DNA of 64,000 nt from Promethearchaeota archaeon (GCA_030606485.1 JAUWGH010000005.1:10129-74128), one strand, 5' to 3'. Shown: positions 46,246 through 56,730, counted from the first letter of the stretch. The notes: generated by a model not told the origin, from the sequence alone. A program made the numbers and translations.

Positions 46246-48072
46246 ATGACAGATCCTAATGCTATTGAAAATAATCCTTTTAAGGAATTAGGTGAAATTC
46301 CAGAGAAAAAATATCACGATGGTTATAAAATTAGCTCAACTTATATCCCAATGAGAGACGGAATAAAAATTGCATCCACCATTTGCCTTCCTAAAGGTTT
46401 GTCTTCTAGTGAAAAATTACCTACGTTATTGGTGCAAACACGGTATTGGAGAGCAATGGAACTTCGAATTCCTTTTAGATGGATTTTGGATGATGTAATA
46501 TCCTCTACACCTAATCCAGAAATTTATACAAGTCGAGGTTATGCAATAGTTTATACAGATGTGAGAGGAACTGGTGCATCAGAAGGTACAAGACCACATC
46601 CTTGGTATATTGATGAAATCAAAGATGGAGCTGATGTTGTTGATTGGATTATTTCTCAACCATGGTCAGATGGAAATGTAGTTTCTAATGGAATATCGTA
46701 TTCAGGTATTTGCTCAGAATTTTTTGCTTTAAATAATCATCCTGCTGTTAAGGCTATTATGCCGGGACATGCTATGTGGGATGCATATATAGATATTGCT
46801 TTTCCTGGAGGGTGTTATGATTGGAAATTTATGGAAATATGGTCTTTCTTTGGAAAAAATTTGGATAAAAATAATCCTAAAGTTTTCAAGCAATTACTTC
46901 CTGTAGTTTGGTTAATTGCAAAAGGAGTTGAACCTGTTGATTCGGATAAAGACCTAAAAATTTTAATTGGGGCTTTGAATCAACATAAATCTAATAAATA
47001 TGTTTATGAAATGACGCTTGATAAAAACTATAGAGATGAACCTCTCCCTGATGGTACTAAAATCATTGATACATGTATTTATCCACATAAAGAAGAGCTT
47101 GAAAAAACAAGAGTTCCTATTCTTGCTTGGTGTTCATGGCTTGATTCTGGTTATGTAGATGTAATTATACATCGATTTGCCAATTTAGATAATCCCCAGA
47201 TCGCTATTTTAGGTGATTGGAATCATGGAGCTAGTTATCCCGCAAATCAATTTTTTCCTGAAAGAGTGAAAGTAACTCCTTCTCCAAAAGAACGTATTAA
47301 TGCTTGGATTAATTTTTTTGATAAATGCGTGAAAGGTAATGGTATACAAGGAAAAACACTTTATTATTATACTATGGTGGAAGAAAAATGGAAAAAAACT
47401 ATTTTATGGCCACCAAAGGGACAAAAAATGCAAAGATGGTACCTTTCGGAAAACAATTCATTATCAAGAACTTTACCTCAAATCAAATCTGGTGCAGATT
47501 CCTATAAAATAAATTTCCGCGCTACTACAGGGAGAAATAATCGTTGGTGGACTTTATTAGGCTTACCAATAATCTATGAAAATAGAATAAAAATGGATGA
47601 AAAATTGCTTACTTTTACAAGCGAACCATTAGAAGAGGATTTGGAAATTACTGGACATAGTATTGTTAATATATACATTTCTTCAACTCATGAAGATAAT
47701 GCTATATATGTATATTTAGAAGATATTGATGAAAAAGGAAATGTAACTTACATTAGTGATGGTCAACTTCGTGTTATCCATCGAAAAATTTCGACAGATA
47801 AACCGCCATATAAAATATTCATACCATATCATACATATAATAAGGAAGATGCTCAACCACTTACTCCTGGTGAGATTGCAGAATTAAAATTTGGACTACA
47901 TGCAACTTCTGTTGTTATTCGTAAAAACCACAGAATTAGAATTGCTATTGCTGGTCATGATAAAGATACTTTTTATCGTTATCCCTCAAAAGGTAGACCA
48001 ACAATTAAAATTGAAAGAAATGAGAAGTTTGCTTCCTATATTGACCTTCCTATAATTAAAAAAGAAATTTAA
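46246..48072 (+). CDS. CocE/NonD-family hydrolase (S15 X-Pro dipeptidyl-peptidase-like)
   Basis: 608 aa. Nucleophile elbow GISYSG, YTDVRGTGASEG, C-terminal jelly-roll domain. Confidence 0.8.
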   Translation: MTDPNAIENNPFKELGEIPEKKYHDGYKISSTYIPMRDGIKIASTICLPKGLSSSEKLPTLLVQTRYWRAMELRIPFRWILDDVISSTPNPEIYTSRGYAIVYTDVRGTGASEGTRPHPWYIDEIKDGADVVDWIISQPWSDGNVVSNGISYSGICSEFFALNNHPAVKAIMPGHAMWDAYIDIAFPGGCYDWKFMEIWSFFGKNLDKNNPKVFKQLLPVVWLIAKGVEPVDSDKDLKILIGALNQHKSNKYVYEMTLDKNYRDEPLPDGTKIIDTCIYPHKEELEKTRVPILAWCSWLDSGYVDVIIHRFANLDNPQIAILGDWNHGASYPANQFFPERVKVTPSPKERINAWINFFDKCVKGNGIQGKTLYYYTMVEEKWKKTILWPPKGQKMQRWYLSENNSLSRTLPQIKSGADSYKINFRATTGRNNRWWTLLGLPIIYENRIKMDEKLLTFTSEPLEEDLEITGHSIVNIYISSTHEDNAIYVYLEDIDEKGNVTYISDGQLRVIHRKISTDKPPYKIFIPYHTYNKEDAQPLTPGEIAELKFGLHATSVVIRKNHRIRIAIAGHDKDTFYRYPSKGRPTIKIERNEKFASYIDLPIIKKEI

Positions 48073-48103
48073 TAATATCATTATCAAATGAAGTGATAAA
48101 AAA

Positions 48104-48457
48104 ATGGAAGAAATAATTCCTTCTTTAAGAAATATATTAAAACAAGCCATTGAACATAAAGTTGATGAAAATAACTTAAAAATTACTTTAATTGTTAAAA
48201 AAGAAGTAAAAGGACCTTTAGCAGAACCAGATGAAGTTATAACAATGTTTCAAATGTTAGGTGAATTAAAAGAAGAAATTCCTATGGAGATAAACATTGA
48301 CAATAAAGCTCAAAAGATTAATATAAAATTTCAAACTAAAGAAGATTTAAATAAAATTAGAGCGATTATAAATACCATTTGGGATAATACTGTTGATCTT
48401 TTGGAAGAATTTATTGCTGGAGATTTAACCCGATTGAAAGATATTCCTGATTATTGA
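48104..48457 (+). CDS. hypothetical small acidic protein
   Basis: 117-aa ORF 31 nt after the CocE/NonD gene. No family recognised. Confidence 0.5.
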   Translation: MEEIIPSLRNILKQAIEHKVDENNLKITLIVKKEVKGPLAEPDEVITMFQMLGELKEEIPMEINIDNKAQKINIKFQTKEDLNKIRAIINTIWDNTVDLLEEFIAGDLTRLKDIPDY

Positions 48458-48500
48458 TAATTAAAATAATAAATTGTCTTAATAAAAGAGAGAAATTGTA

Positions 48501-48628
48501 AAAGTTTGAACACAGACATATAGATTGCAGATCAGACGATTATTTCTCAACTGCGTATTGGTATCAAACAGAACCCATAAAAAATTTAATTAACTCTTAC
48601 CGGTGAATGAAAGATTACCCAGAGATGA
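48501..48628 (+). pseudogene. degenerate 3'-terminal relic of a DUF2961/GH172-like gene (copy B)
   Basis: 48529-48628 aligns by eye with 43204-43303 at roughly 85 percent identity, with a 1-nt deletion. It reads ...RSDDYFSTAYWYQTEP then loses frame and stops. Confidence 0.5.
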
Positions 48629-48673
48629 ACTATAAGAAATATATATTACCCAATAAAAAAAATTTTAATTTTA

Positions 48674-50065
48674 TTAATTTTTAAGAGCAGAAGTGAGTCT
48701 TTTCCTTTTTTGCTGATGAATTTCTTCTAATCTTACTTGAAGATCTTTTAATCTATCTCCATATAATGGATAAAAATATATAACAATTAAGCTGATTAAT
48801 GAAGCAACAGCCGGAACTAAAAGAAACAATATTTTAATTCCAAATAATGCTTCAGGGGTCTGAATTATTTCACCTTGTGCATAACCATAGGTAGTTAAAA
48901 TTATTGTGGCAATTATTGGCCCAAGACTTTGTGCTGGCTTAGTAAAAAAAGCATTCATACCAAGAAACATCCCTTCTCTGCGAGTACCTTGATTTACTTC
49001 ATCTTCATCCATGCTGAGACTCATGATCGGTACAGTAAACACACTATAACCTCCAAAAAACGTTGTCCAGATAAAACCGAACCAAATTAATGATTCTGTT
49101 ATCGGATTTAAAATTAAAATAAATGTAATGAAAGCTCCTATAACTTTTAATATTCCAAATCGCAAAATAATTTTTTTCATGCTCCATTTGGATCTCAATT
49201 TCATACAAAGATAATTTGAACCATAGCCAATAAATAGAAAAACGCAAAAAAATAAAGCTATTGCTAAACCTGGATCAATACCAAGTATAAAAATATATGT
49301 AAAAAGGTAACTAAATCCAATAGAGCTATTAAATACACTGCAAAAATTATATCCGATAAAAACCAAGAATGATTTTAATTTAAGTGTTTTCTTGATGGAT
49401 TTCCATAGAGGAAAAACTTCGTCTTTTTGAAATTCTGGCTTTTCTTCAGACGTTTTTACAACAATCCAATAACAAATAATTGAAACAATTGCAATAATTG
49501 TATTTAAAATTTGAAACCATGGAAATCCTGCTACTTTAAAAATTGGCAAAATGAAAAAAAAAGGTAATACGCCAATTACAGCCCAAATTAAAACAAAAAA
49601 ATTAATTTTATTACGTTCATCGATATCCGTGGTCATTTCTGGCATAAGAGCCATCCAACAGAGAACTACGAGGGTTAACATCGTATCATATGCACAAATA
49701 CTCACTACAAAATGAATGAAAAGTAATATCTGATTTTCAGGACCTACAAATGGAAAAAATGTAAATATAAGAGTTAGCCCCCAGATTGGAGCACCCCATT
49801 TAATATAAGGTAATCTTCGACCTCCCCACTTTTTTCGATCTGTTCGGTCAGAAAGCTGACCAAGTAGAGGATCGTTAATTGCATTAACAATTGCATATAT
49901 TATTTGACCAACGATAAAATATATGGGTAACAGTTGTAAATCATCAAAGAAAAATTCAACATAATATAATGTGAAAACAAACCCAAGTAATGCCATAGGA
50001 ATGCCACCAAATGAATATCCTAGCATTTGTTTATTGGTGAGTTTCTCGGATTTGTTATTTTCCAT
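48674..50065 (-). CDS. GPH/MFS-type cation symporter
   Basis: 463 aa, about 12 TMs, with a GQLSDRTDRKKWGGRRLPY loop typical of glycoside-pentoside-hexuronide-type carriers. Confidence 0.7.
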   Translation of the reverse strand: MENNKSEKLTNKQMLGYSFGGIPMALLGFVFTLYYVEFFFDDLQLLPIYFIVGQIIYAIVNAINDPLLGQLSDRTDRKKWGGRRLPYIKWGAPIWGLTLIFTFFPFVGPENQILLFIHFVVSICAYDTMLTLVVLCWMALMPEMTTDIDERNKINFFVLIWAVIGVLPFFFILPIFKVAGFPWFQILNTIIAIVSIICYWIVVKTSEEKPEFQKDEVFPLWKSIKKTLKLKSFLVFIGYNFCSVFNSSIGFSYLFTYIFILGIDPGLAIALFFCVFLFIGYGSNYLCMKLRSKWSMKKIILRFGILKVIGAFITFILILNPITESLIWFGFIWTTFFGGYSVFTVPIMSLSMDEDEVNQGTRREGMFLGMNAFFTKPAQSLGPIIATIILTTYGYAQGEIIQTPEALFGIKILFLLVPAVASLISLIVIYFYPLYGDRLKDLQVRLEEIHQQKRKRLTSALKN

Positions 50066-50157
50066 TAATTATCATTTATTTATTTTTTAAATTAATATTT
50101 CTTATTCCATTTTGAACTATTTAATAATTATCAAGGAAAAAAATTTTAAAAAAAATT

Positions 50158-52122
50158 CTAAATATTAGTTTCCATTAAAATTTTTTTGCGTTTTCGAATA
50201 ATTTTAAAAATTATCAACAACCCCACTGGTACACTGCAAGCAATAATTATTACAATTATAATAAATACAATAACAGGGTTTTCAACATTTGCTTTTAATG
50301 ATTCAATATCAACAGAACTTAATTGAACTAATACATTTTCATTGTATATTAAACTCACTTCAGTTGGATTAATTGTCATTGGTATGGAAAAAGTCGTAGT
50401 ACTATTTATCCAAACATTTTCATTGAATAAAATTTGTCCATTTGCGTCATATACCTGAAGTGGAATTTGTTGAGAATAAGGATAATTATTATTTGCTTCA
50501 TTGAGGTCTTCAACAGTAATATATAGTATGCTCTGATACAAATCGTAAATAACACTCGTAAAAACATAGTTGGGGAGATATGGATTATCAAACCAAGGCA
50601 AAAAGAACCAATCCAATGATGTCCCAACGATATCCTCAAAACACTGCTGTAAATCTGATAATAAAGCAATTTTATATTGATATCGCTCAAAGTAGAGCTT
50701 TAATCCTATGAAAAAATTAACATCACCGATACTATTACGAAGTTTTTCTAAAATCAAGGGAGCTTTTTTATATGCAATATACCAATAATCAGTATATTTT
50801 GTATAACACTCATATATCGATTGATTTATTCTATTTGGTAGTTCCTCTTCTGCGTAATAAGTCCTTACTTTATCGATATATAATTCATCTTGAAAATATT
50901 TCCAATCAGAATGATATATCTCAGCATAATAGTCTGTCGACCAACAAGCGAGCATCTCATCTAAAAAACCCCAGTCTACTTCATCATTTCCCACAAGATT
51001 AAACCACCACTGATGACTAGTCTCATGTACGATAAACATCTCGAGAAACCATTGTGGATAATTCCAATAATCTATAGATTCTGTTATATAAACTTGATTT
51101 GGGTATTCCATGCCACCAAAAAATGAATACTCCTCAACAATGTTAAATGTAGAATAAGGATATATACCAAAGATTTCATTATATAAGGTAAAAGCATTAA
51201 TACCATAATCTAAGGCATAGTTCTTCCAAATAGATTGGGATTTTGGCAAGTAATAAGTGGAAATATTAACACCATTTACTATCTTGGAATCAATCATAAA
51301 ATATTTTGAAGCTGAAAATGTAACCTCTCGAACAGGATAAATCGTATCAAAATGATAGAGAGCATTTAATCCATTAACCTTTTTTTCAACTAATTTACCT
51401 GTTGCAGCTACTACAAATCCAATAGGCACTTCAACAAACAAGTTATAATAAGCCATATCAAAATAGAATGGATCTCCTACATCCAAATATGGATCTATAT
51501 TCCAACCATCAAACTTATCATATACGCATGGCATAGGATAAAAACCTGAAAATTTATAAATTCGAGATTGGTTGGAATCTTCTCCGTGTGAATTTGCTCT
51601 ATCAATACCCCCATCTGGTAGTGTAGCAATAAATCTAATAATAAATGAAACCCGCTGAAATGATTCTAAAGTGGTGTCTAAAGTCACCCACATAATTTGA
51701 TCCCCTGAATCTACTTCAAATGTGAGAGCGATGTCGGAGTTATCTGCTTTTGTTACATTTAGAATTTCAATATTACCTATTCTACTTTCAAACTCCATAC
51801 CGGATAAATAGAGATGAAATGGAAGTTTTTCAAAACTTTCGGCATCATTATTATAAAAATCAACACTCAAATTTCCTTGAACACTTGAAGTGGTTTCATC
51901 TAATTTTACGGATAGAATATAACTTGAGAAATTTCCCTCAATTAAAGCCAAATTTGGAGACTCTTTAATCTCTATAAGATCCCCATCAGAAACGAAAATT
52001 TTCTCTTGTGATGAGTTGGAAAAACTTGGAAGAAAAATCAGATAAGAAATTCCGCATAAATTGAAATAAGTAAGCAGAATTATAAGAAGAAATCGATAAA
52101 TATTTTTCATTTTAAATATCAA
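50158..52122 (-). CDS. M1-family aminopeptidase with N-terminal signal/anchor and C-terminal TM anchor
   Basis: 654 aa. GMEYPN, then HETSHQWW-x-E with 18 residues between the second His and Glu (HExxH-x18-E). Confidence 0.8.
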   Translation of the reverse strand: MIFKMKNIYRFLLIILLTYFNLCGISYLIFLPSFSNSSQEKIFVSDGDLIEIKESPNLALIEGNFSSYILSVKLDETTSSVQGNLSVDFYNNDAESFEKLPFHLYLSGMEFESRIGNIEILNVTKADNSDIALTFEVDSGDQIMWVTLDTTLESFQRVSFIIRFIATLPDGGIDRANSHGEDSNQSRIYKFSGFYPMPCVYDKFDGWNIDPYLDVGDPFYFDMAYYNLFVEVPIGFVVAATGKLVEKKVNGLNALYHFDTIYPVREVTFSASKYFMIDSKIVNGVNISTYYLPKSQSIWKNYALDYGINAFTLYNEIFGIYPYSTFNIVEEYSFFGGMEYPNQVYITESIDYWNYPQWFLEMFIVHETSHQWWFNLVGNDEVDWGFLDEMLACWSTDYYAEIYHSDWKYFQDELYIDKVRTYYAEEELPNRINQSIYECYTKYTDYWYIAYKKAPLILEKLRNSIGDVNFFIGLKLYFERYQYKIALLSDLQQCFEDIVGTSLDWFFLPWFDNPYLPNYVFTSVIYDLYQSILYITVEDLNEANNNYPYSQQIPLQVYDANGQILFNENVWINSTTTFSIPMTINPTEVSLIYNENVLVQLSSVDIESLKANVENPVIVFIIIVIIIACSVPVGLLIIFKIIRKRKKILMETNI

Positions 52123-52180
52123 AACTATAAAATAAACAAGTTTTATTAACTTTATTTTATCTTTTTTAATTATCCTTGAT

Positions 52181-53020
52181 TTAAACTCTTTTCTTATATT
52201 CTTCTAATAACCGTTCTGGAGAAATATATCCTCGAATATTTTTTGGACCTTTAAAATATACTGCTTTAGGAAATAATTTAAAATAAAGAGCATTTGTAGG
52301 GCAATTTCGGGTACATTTAAAACAGATCATGCATCTATTGTGATCGATTATTAGTTTTTCATTAAAAGATATTGCTCCTGTGGGGCATCCTTTCTCACAA
52401 GTTTTGCATTGGATGCATTTTTCTGAGTTAAATCCAAACAAACGACTTAAAATGTTATAAGATGGTCTTTCTAATACTTTAAAGTAAGCATAAATTACTC
52501 TACTAAATGGCATAGGTATTGATGACCAATCTAAAGTGCCTTTTCCCAATCTTATTATTTTACCAAGTTTAATTCCAAATTGAAAAGATCTTTCAATACT
52601 TCTTCTTGACCACATAACATATTTAAATAAATTCGTTTCAAATAGTGAATCCCTTGTAGGAACTATTATTTCAATTGCCCCGATAAACTCACAATTTTTT
52701 AGTTCCAATGTTTTTCTTATGTTTCTAATTGATGGTCCAGGAAGTCCAGCACTCGTATCGAATAAAAAAAATTTTATTTTTCGATTAACCCTTGGAATTT
52801 TTTTAACCCAATCTCTAATATTGGGAGTGAAAGACATGGCATAAACTGGGGCTCCAATTCCAAATACATTAATTCTATTAAAATCTAAATTCTTTTCCTT
52901 TAAAGAATTAAATGGAATCAATTCAGTTTCAAAATTAGCGAATTTTAACCCTTCACTAATTAATTGAGCTATGTATTCTGTATTACCAGAAGATGAAAAA
53001 TATATAATTGGAATTTTCAT
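52181..53020 (-). CDS. flavodoxin-like plus 2x[4Fe-4S] ferredoxin fusion (EFR1-type), paralog of 41631..42488
   Basis: 279 aa. MKIPIIYFSSSGNT flavodoxin N-terminus and CIQCKTCEKGCP ... CMICFKCTRNCP. Confidence 0.65.
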   Translation of the reverse strand: MKIPIIYFSSSGNTEYIAQLISEGLKFANFETELIPFNSLKEKNLDFNRINVFGIGAPVYAMSFTPNIRDWVKKIPRVNRKIKFFLFDTSAGLPGPSIRNIRKTLELKNCEFIGAIEIIVPTRDSLFETNLFKYVMWSRRSIERSFQFGIKLGKIIRLGKGTLDWSSIPMPFSRVIYAYFKVLERPSYNILSRLFGFNSEKCIQCKTCEKGCPTGAISFNEKLIIDHNRCMICFKCTRNCPTNALYFKLFPKAVYFKGPKNIRGYISPERLLEEYKKRV

Positions 53021-53108
53021 TATCTAATTATTTTATAGTTTTTAGCAAAAAAAAATTTGGCGATTAATCAATATTCGCCTATTTGAATTTTAATTTATTT
53101 AGAATCTT

Positions 53109-53780
53109 TTAATAGACCCAACCAAGAATTCCCAAGCAAACTATATTGGCTATTATGGCAAATCCATAAATAATTCCCAAAACTTTAAGTTTATTCTTAT
53201 TGTCTCTCATGTCATGTACCCAAAATGTAACAACATAGAAGTGAAAGTATCCGAGAAAAAAAATCAACCAAATCCCAGCGATAGAAGCGTTCCAAAAGGG
53301 ATATTCCCAAACTAAAAGACCTCCAATATTCAAAAGAACCTCCACGAAAACACAAAAAACTGAAAATCCTATAGATAAGGCCCAGCGATTCGGAATTCCC
53401 AAAATTTTTGCATTCTTATCTTCTGGAAGTGCATTTGCGAAAACGATGCCCGATATTAAGAACATGAAAACAATTTCAACGTTCCAACCCATCATTATCC
53501 GCAATGCTGTTTCCCCTGGGGTAGTCCAAAACGCTGAATGTTGTGTAAGATGATATACCCAACCATTCCAAGTTTCATTGATAAAATCCATGCCAAAAAG
53601 AGCCAGACCAGAATAAACAACATTCCAATTACCAGATTCACGGGCTTTCTTGATCTCGATAGTATAGATATATAAAACAATCGCAAGGAGGGGGATTACA
53701 TACCATTTAAGCGTTGAAAGATCTCTAAGCCCCTCCAGCGCCTGTAGTGAAGCTTCTGTACTCATATTTATCAAAACCAT
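53109..53780 (-). CDS. integral membrane protein, unknown function
   Basis: 223 aa, about 6 TM segments, W/H-rich loops (NETWNGWVYHLTQHSAFW, FWVHDMRD). Confidence 0.6.
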   Translation of the reverse strand: MVLINMSTEASLQALEGLRDLSTLKWYVIPLLAIVLYIYTIEIKKARESGNWNVVYSGLALFGMDFINETWNGWVYHLTQHSAFWTTPGETALRIMMGWNVEIVFMFLISGIVFANALPEDKNAKILGIPNRWALSIGFSVFCVFVEVLLNIGGLLVWEYPFWNASIAGIWLIFFLGYFHFYVVTFWVHDMRDNKNKLKVLGIIYGFAIIANIVCLGILGWVY

Positions 53781-53895
53781 TAATTTTTATTTAATAAGTA
53801 ATTTGCCTTAACGATTTATAAAATTATATGATAAGCTTTTTACAATGAATATTAATTAAAAAATTAGCGAATTCTACCTAAGTATAGATTTATAT

Positions 53896-54396
53896 TTATT
53901 TTTCAATTAATTTGCATAATTTATTTTTTAATTCTTTTTTTTCAGTTAATGAAAGATTTTTTGAATCTTTTCCCATTGTATCGTAGTAATCGAGAGGAAT
54001 ATTCTCTGAAAGTGAAAGAATTAGAATTATTGCATTTTGAATTAAATTCTTAATCTCAATTAAATTACTTGATTTTTCTTTCTTCTTAAATAATTTCATA
54101 AGTTCAATTATCATTGATTCCTTCCATCTCTCTGTTTCTTCTGCGTTTCTATTTTTCGAAGAAAAAAATTGAAGGATTTTATCATAATAATCAATTTCCG
54201 AGAAATTATCAAAATCTTTCATTTTTAATTGCATACCTCTTAACCCTATCATAATTCTCCCATTTAAATTTCGATAAAAAAATAAGATTTTTTTAATAAA
54301 ATTGGTACTATAATTTTCTATTAAAATTAATGTATTCCAATTTTTGTCCTCATTTTTAATATATTTATAAAGTAGGAAGAAATATAGGACATCCAA
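53896..54396 (-). CDS. hypothetical protein
   Basis: 166-aa ORF. A later Met (MQLKMKDFDNF...) is a possible true start. No family recognised. Confidence 0.45.
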   Translation of the reverse strand: MDVLYFFLLYKYIKNEDKNWNTLILIENYSTNFIKKILFFYRNLNGRIMIGLRGMQLKMKDFDNFSEIDYYDKILQFFSSKNRNAEETERWKESMIIELMKLFKKKEKSSNLIEIKNLIQNAIILILSLSENIPLDYYDTMGKDSKNLSLTEKKELKNKLCKLIEK

Positions 54397-54432
54397 TTTA
54401 TTAAATGAGAAAAAAGAAAAGAACTTAGATAA

Positions 54433-54687
54433 TTACCAAGATATCTTTATTGCCTTTTCAGGGCATGCTTTAACACAATAGAAACAGCGCGTACAAACAG
54501 AGGGCCATACTGGTGTGATTCGCCAATATTGTGGATTATATGGATCCTCTTCTTTATAACCTAACGCTTCATGCATCAAAAAGACACATGGATCACATAC
54601 TTCAAGACATTTATGGCAATCTCTGGGGTCGACCTTCCCATTCTCTCCACATTTTGAATAATCAATTCTTATTTTTGTTTTACTCAT
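54433..54687 (-). CDS. small 2x[4Fe-4S]-type ferredoxin-like protein
   Basis: 84 aa. CHKCLEVCDPC and CTRCFYCVKACP. Confidence 0.7.
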   Translation of the reverse strand: MSKTKIRIDYSKCGENGKVDPRDCHKCLEVCDPCVFLMHEALGYKEEDPYNPQYWRITPVWPSVCTRCFYCVKACPEKAIKISW

Positions 54688-54695
54688 ATAATCAC

Positions 54696-55568
54696 CTAGT
54701 ATTTTCCATCAAATCCTGGATATTCTTCTCGTGGAATAAGGCGAAGTGCATCATTTTTGCATGCATGCCGGCATATACCGCATCCAAAACATTTATCATA
54801 ATCTATTATAACTCTATCTATTGAGGGAATATAGCGTATAGCACTGAATTGACACATGGATACGCATGCTTTACATCCCTCGCATTTATCTTGGTCTAAT
54901 TGGATAATATATTCTGCTTTATAGACTACATTCAAATCGAAATTATTTCTAAGACGAAGTCCGCCACATTCAGGGCTTTCACACGAGCATATAGCACATA
55001 TATAGGGGACCGGCTGAAACCATACGGAAGCAATATATCCCTTTTTGTTATGCTCTTCCAATCTTTGCATAGCTTCTTCGCGATCAATTCGTACTACTCT
55101 ATTTTTTGGAATAAAACGAGGAAGTTTCTCAATAATCTCAGATAAAATACCAAAATTGATACAAACTGCTTCTTTTTTTCCCCGCTGCATCCAACGGCAC
55201 ATACAATAATTTTCGATAATCGGTTCTGCAGCTAATTCAGAGAGAATAATTTTGCCATCTTCTAAAGGAATAACTTGTCCAAAATGACCATCAGCTCTCA
55301 AAGGATTTCTTTTTTTGGTCTCTTCCTTATGAATCATCCCCTCAACCACCCGACGTATCACTCTCCCTATAATAGGCATTTTAAGTTTATATCCCAGACC
55401 TATAGAAGAAAGTCCCATTATCTTTCTAATAAAAACCGTCTCAAAATTCATCCATTGCTCTGTTAAATAATCTTCTAAATTTAAATCCTTGGCAAGTTGA
55501 TCGGAATAATTTTTGGCGTTCATATACCATTTCTTACCCGCTCCATGTTTCATACACCAATCACACAT
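54696..55568 (-). CDS. Fe-S protein with N-terminal CxxC and C-terminal 4Fe-4S dicluster domain
   Basis: 290 aa. MCDWCMKHGAGKKWY N-terminus and CEGCKACVSMC plus CFGCGICRHAC. GAGG SD lies about 10 nt upstream. Confidence 0.7.
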   Translation of the reverse strand: MCDWCMKHGAGKKWYMNAKNYSDQLAKDLNLEDYLTEQWMNFETVFIRKIMGLSSIGLGYKLKMPIIGRVIRRVVEGMIHKEETKKRNPLRADGHFGQVIPLEDGKIILSELAAEPIIENYCMCRWMQRGKKEAVCINFGILSEIIEKLPRFIPKNRVVRIDREEAMQRLEEHNKKGYIASVWFQPVPYICAICSCESPECGGLRLRNNFDLNVVYKAEYIIQLDQDKCEGCKACVSMCQFSAIRYIPSIDRVIIDYDKCFGCGICRHACKNDALRLIPREEYPGFDGKY

Positions 55569-55804
55569 ATTAAAAAAGCCTCATTTATTTATTTATTTAT
55601 TTGTTAATTTTTTTTTTAATTATTAATTAATTTGTAATAACATCAACTTCAATTTATATAAAGATTTCTGGAACTTGAATCAATTAGAATAAATTACGTT
55701 ATTAATATCTTCAAATCTCCTATAAATAATAAGGTGTTGCATAGGAAAAGATTTTTTCTATGCTAGATTTCATGGCAATCAATAAATATGGAAGGGAAAA
55801 AAAA

Positions 55805-56725
55805 TTAATCGAATTTAACAGTGCGTAAATACTCTGCCATGCCCGTTCCAATTTCACCTGTGTCAATAGATTCCATAATAACCATCTGTTCAAATAATTC
55901 AGTATAACCTCCTGGAAACTCTCTTGCAAATCGTATGTGACTGTTTTGTTCCATTCGTTTTGATTTGATTGAATATGATTTTCCTTCGACATCTGTGATA
56001 ACATACATTGACGTAAGAGGACTTTGAAATTGATCAGCATCATTAATAGTTTTAATTTCCAGCTGAGCTAGTGGAATATTACCTTTATCATTTGCAATAT
56101 ACCCTGAAAGGTTAACTTTTTTCTTTTCATAATCTTTTCGGAATGCGCATGACCATTTTTTGAATTGGAAATGACCGGCGAACCATTTATCAAATTGATG
56201 CCAATCTCTATACCCCCAACTTTTATCTCGTTCACCAAAACCGCGAATTGTTCTGATACTATTATCTTTATACTTTATTTCACCTGTAACTATTCCTGAC
56301 GCTTCGAAATGCTGATGCCAAGATTCAGAGGAATCTTTTCCAAAAACATAAGGTGAAAATCTCGTTTCAAAAGTCAAGTTAAATTCGAATTTTCTGCATT
56401 TATAATCTATCTCCCATGTTTGGAAGGGTTTAATCATTTTATAGGTGAGTTTATTATCTCTTAACATGATAGTAATATCATTCACGTAATTTTCTAAAGA
56501 GGGTTCCTTATAATAAACTTCCATTTTGTTGTCCAAGAAAAGAACAAAAACAAGTTCTCTTTTTTTATCATTAGGTAATATTCCAATTGTAGAAAAACCT
56601 GAAATTTTGTTTTTAAGGTCCGCCCAATTGAAATAATAAGATTCTCTCCATTTTAAATCGTTATTAGGTTTGTGGAGTAGTTCAAAATCTTCTGATAATA
56701 GACGATTATTATCTTTTAGTACCAT
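55805..56725 (-). CDS. AttH/CrtC-like (lipocalin-type beta-barrel, DUF7064-like) protein
   Basis: 306 aa. WRESYYFNW near the N-terminus and GFGERDKSWGYRDW match the hydroxyneurosporene-synthase/AttH-like pattern as I remember it. Confidence 0.45.
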   Translation of the reverse strand: MVLKDNNRLLSEDFELLHKPNNDLKWRESYYFNWADLKNKISGFSTIGILPNDKKRELVFVLFLDNKMEVYYKEPSLENYVNDITIMLRDNKLTYKMIKPFQTWEIDYKCRKFEFNLTFETRFSPYVFGKDSSESWHQHFEASGIVTGEIKYKDNSIRTIRGFGERDKSWGYRDWHQFDKWFAGHFQFKKWSCAFRKDYEKKKVNLSGYIANDKGNIPLAQLEIKTINDADQFQSPLTSMYVITDVEGKSYSIKSKRMEQNSHIRFAREFPGGYTELFEQMVIMESIDTGEIGTGMAEYLRTVKFD

Positions 56726-56730
56726 TAAAA

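Noticed and set aside
55583-55602. (ATTT)5 microsatellite just upstream of the Fe-S protein gene
   Set aside because: It is a short AT-rich simple repeat in an AT-rich genome, with no evidence for function beyond being part of the leader or promoter.
55720-56043. 107-aa minus-strand ORF overlapping the 3' part of the AttH-like gene
   Set aside because: It is an alternative frame of a gene with recognisable motifs and runs into the intergenic spacer.
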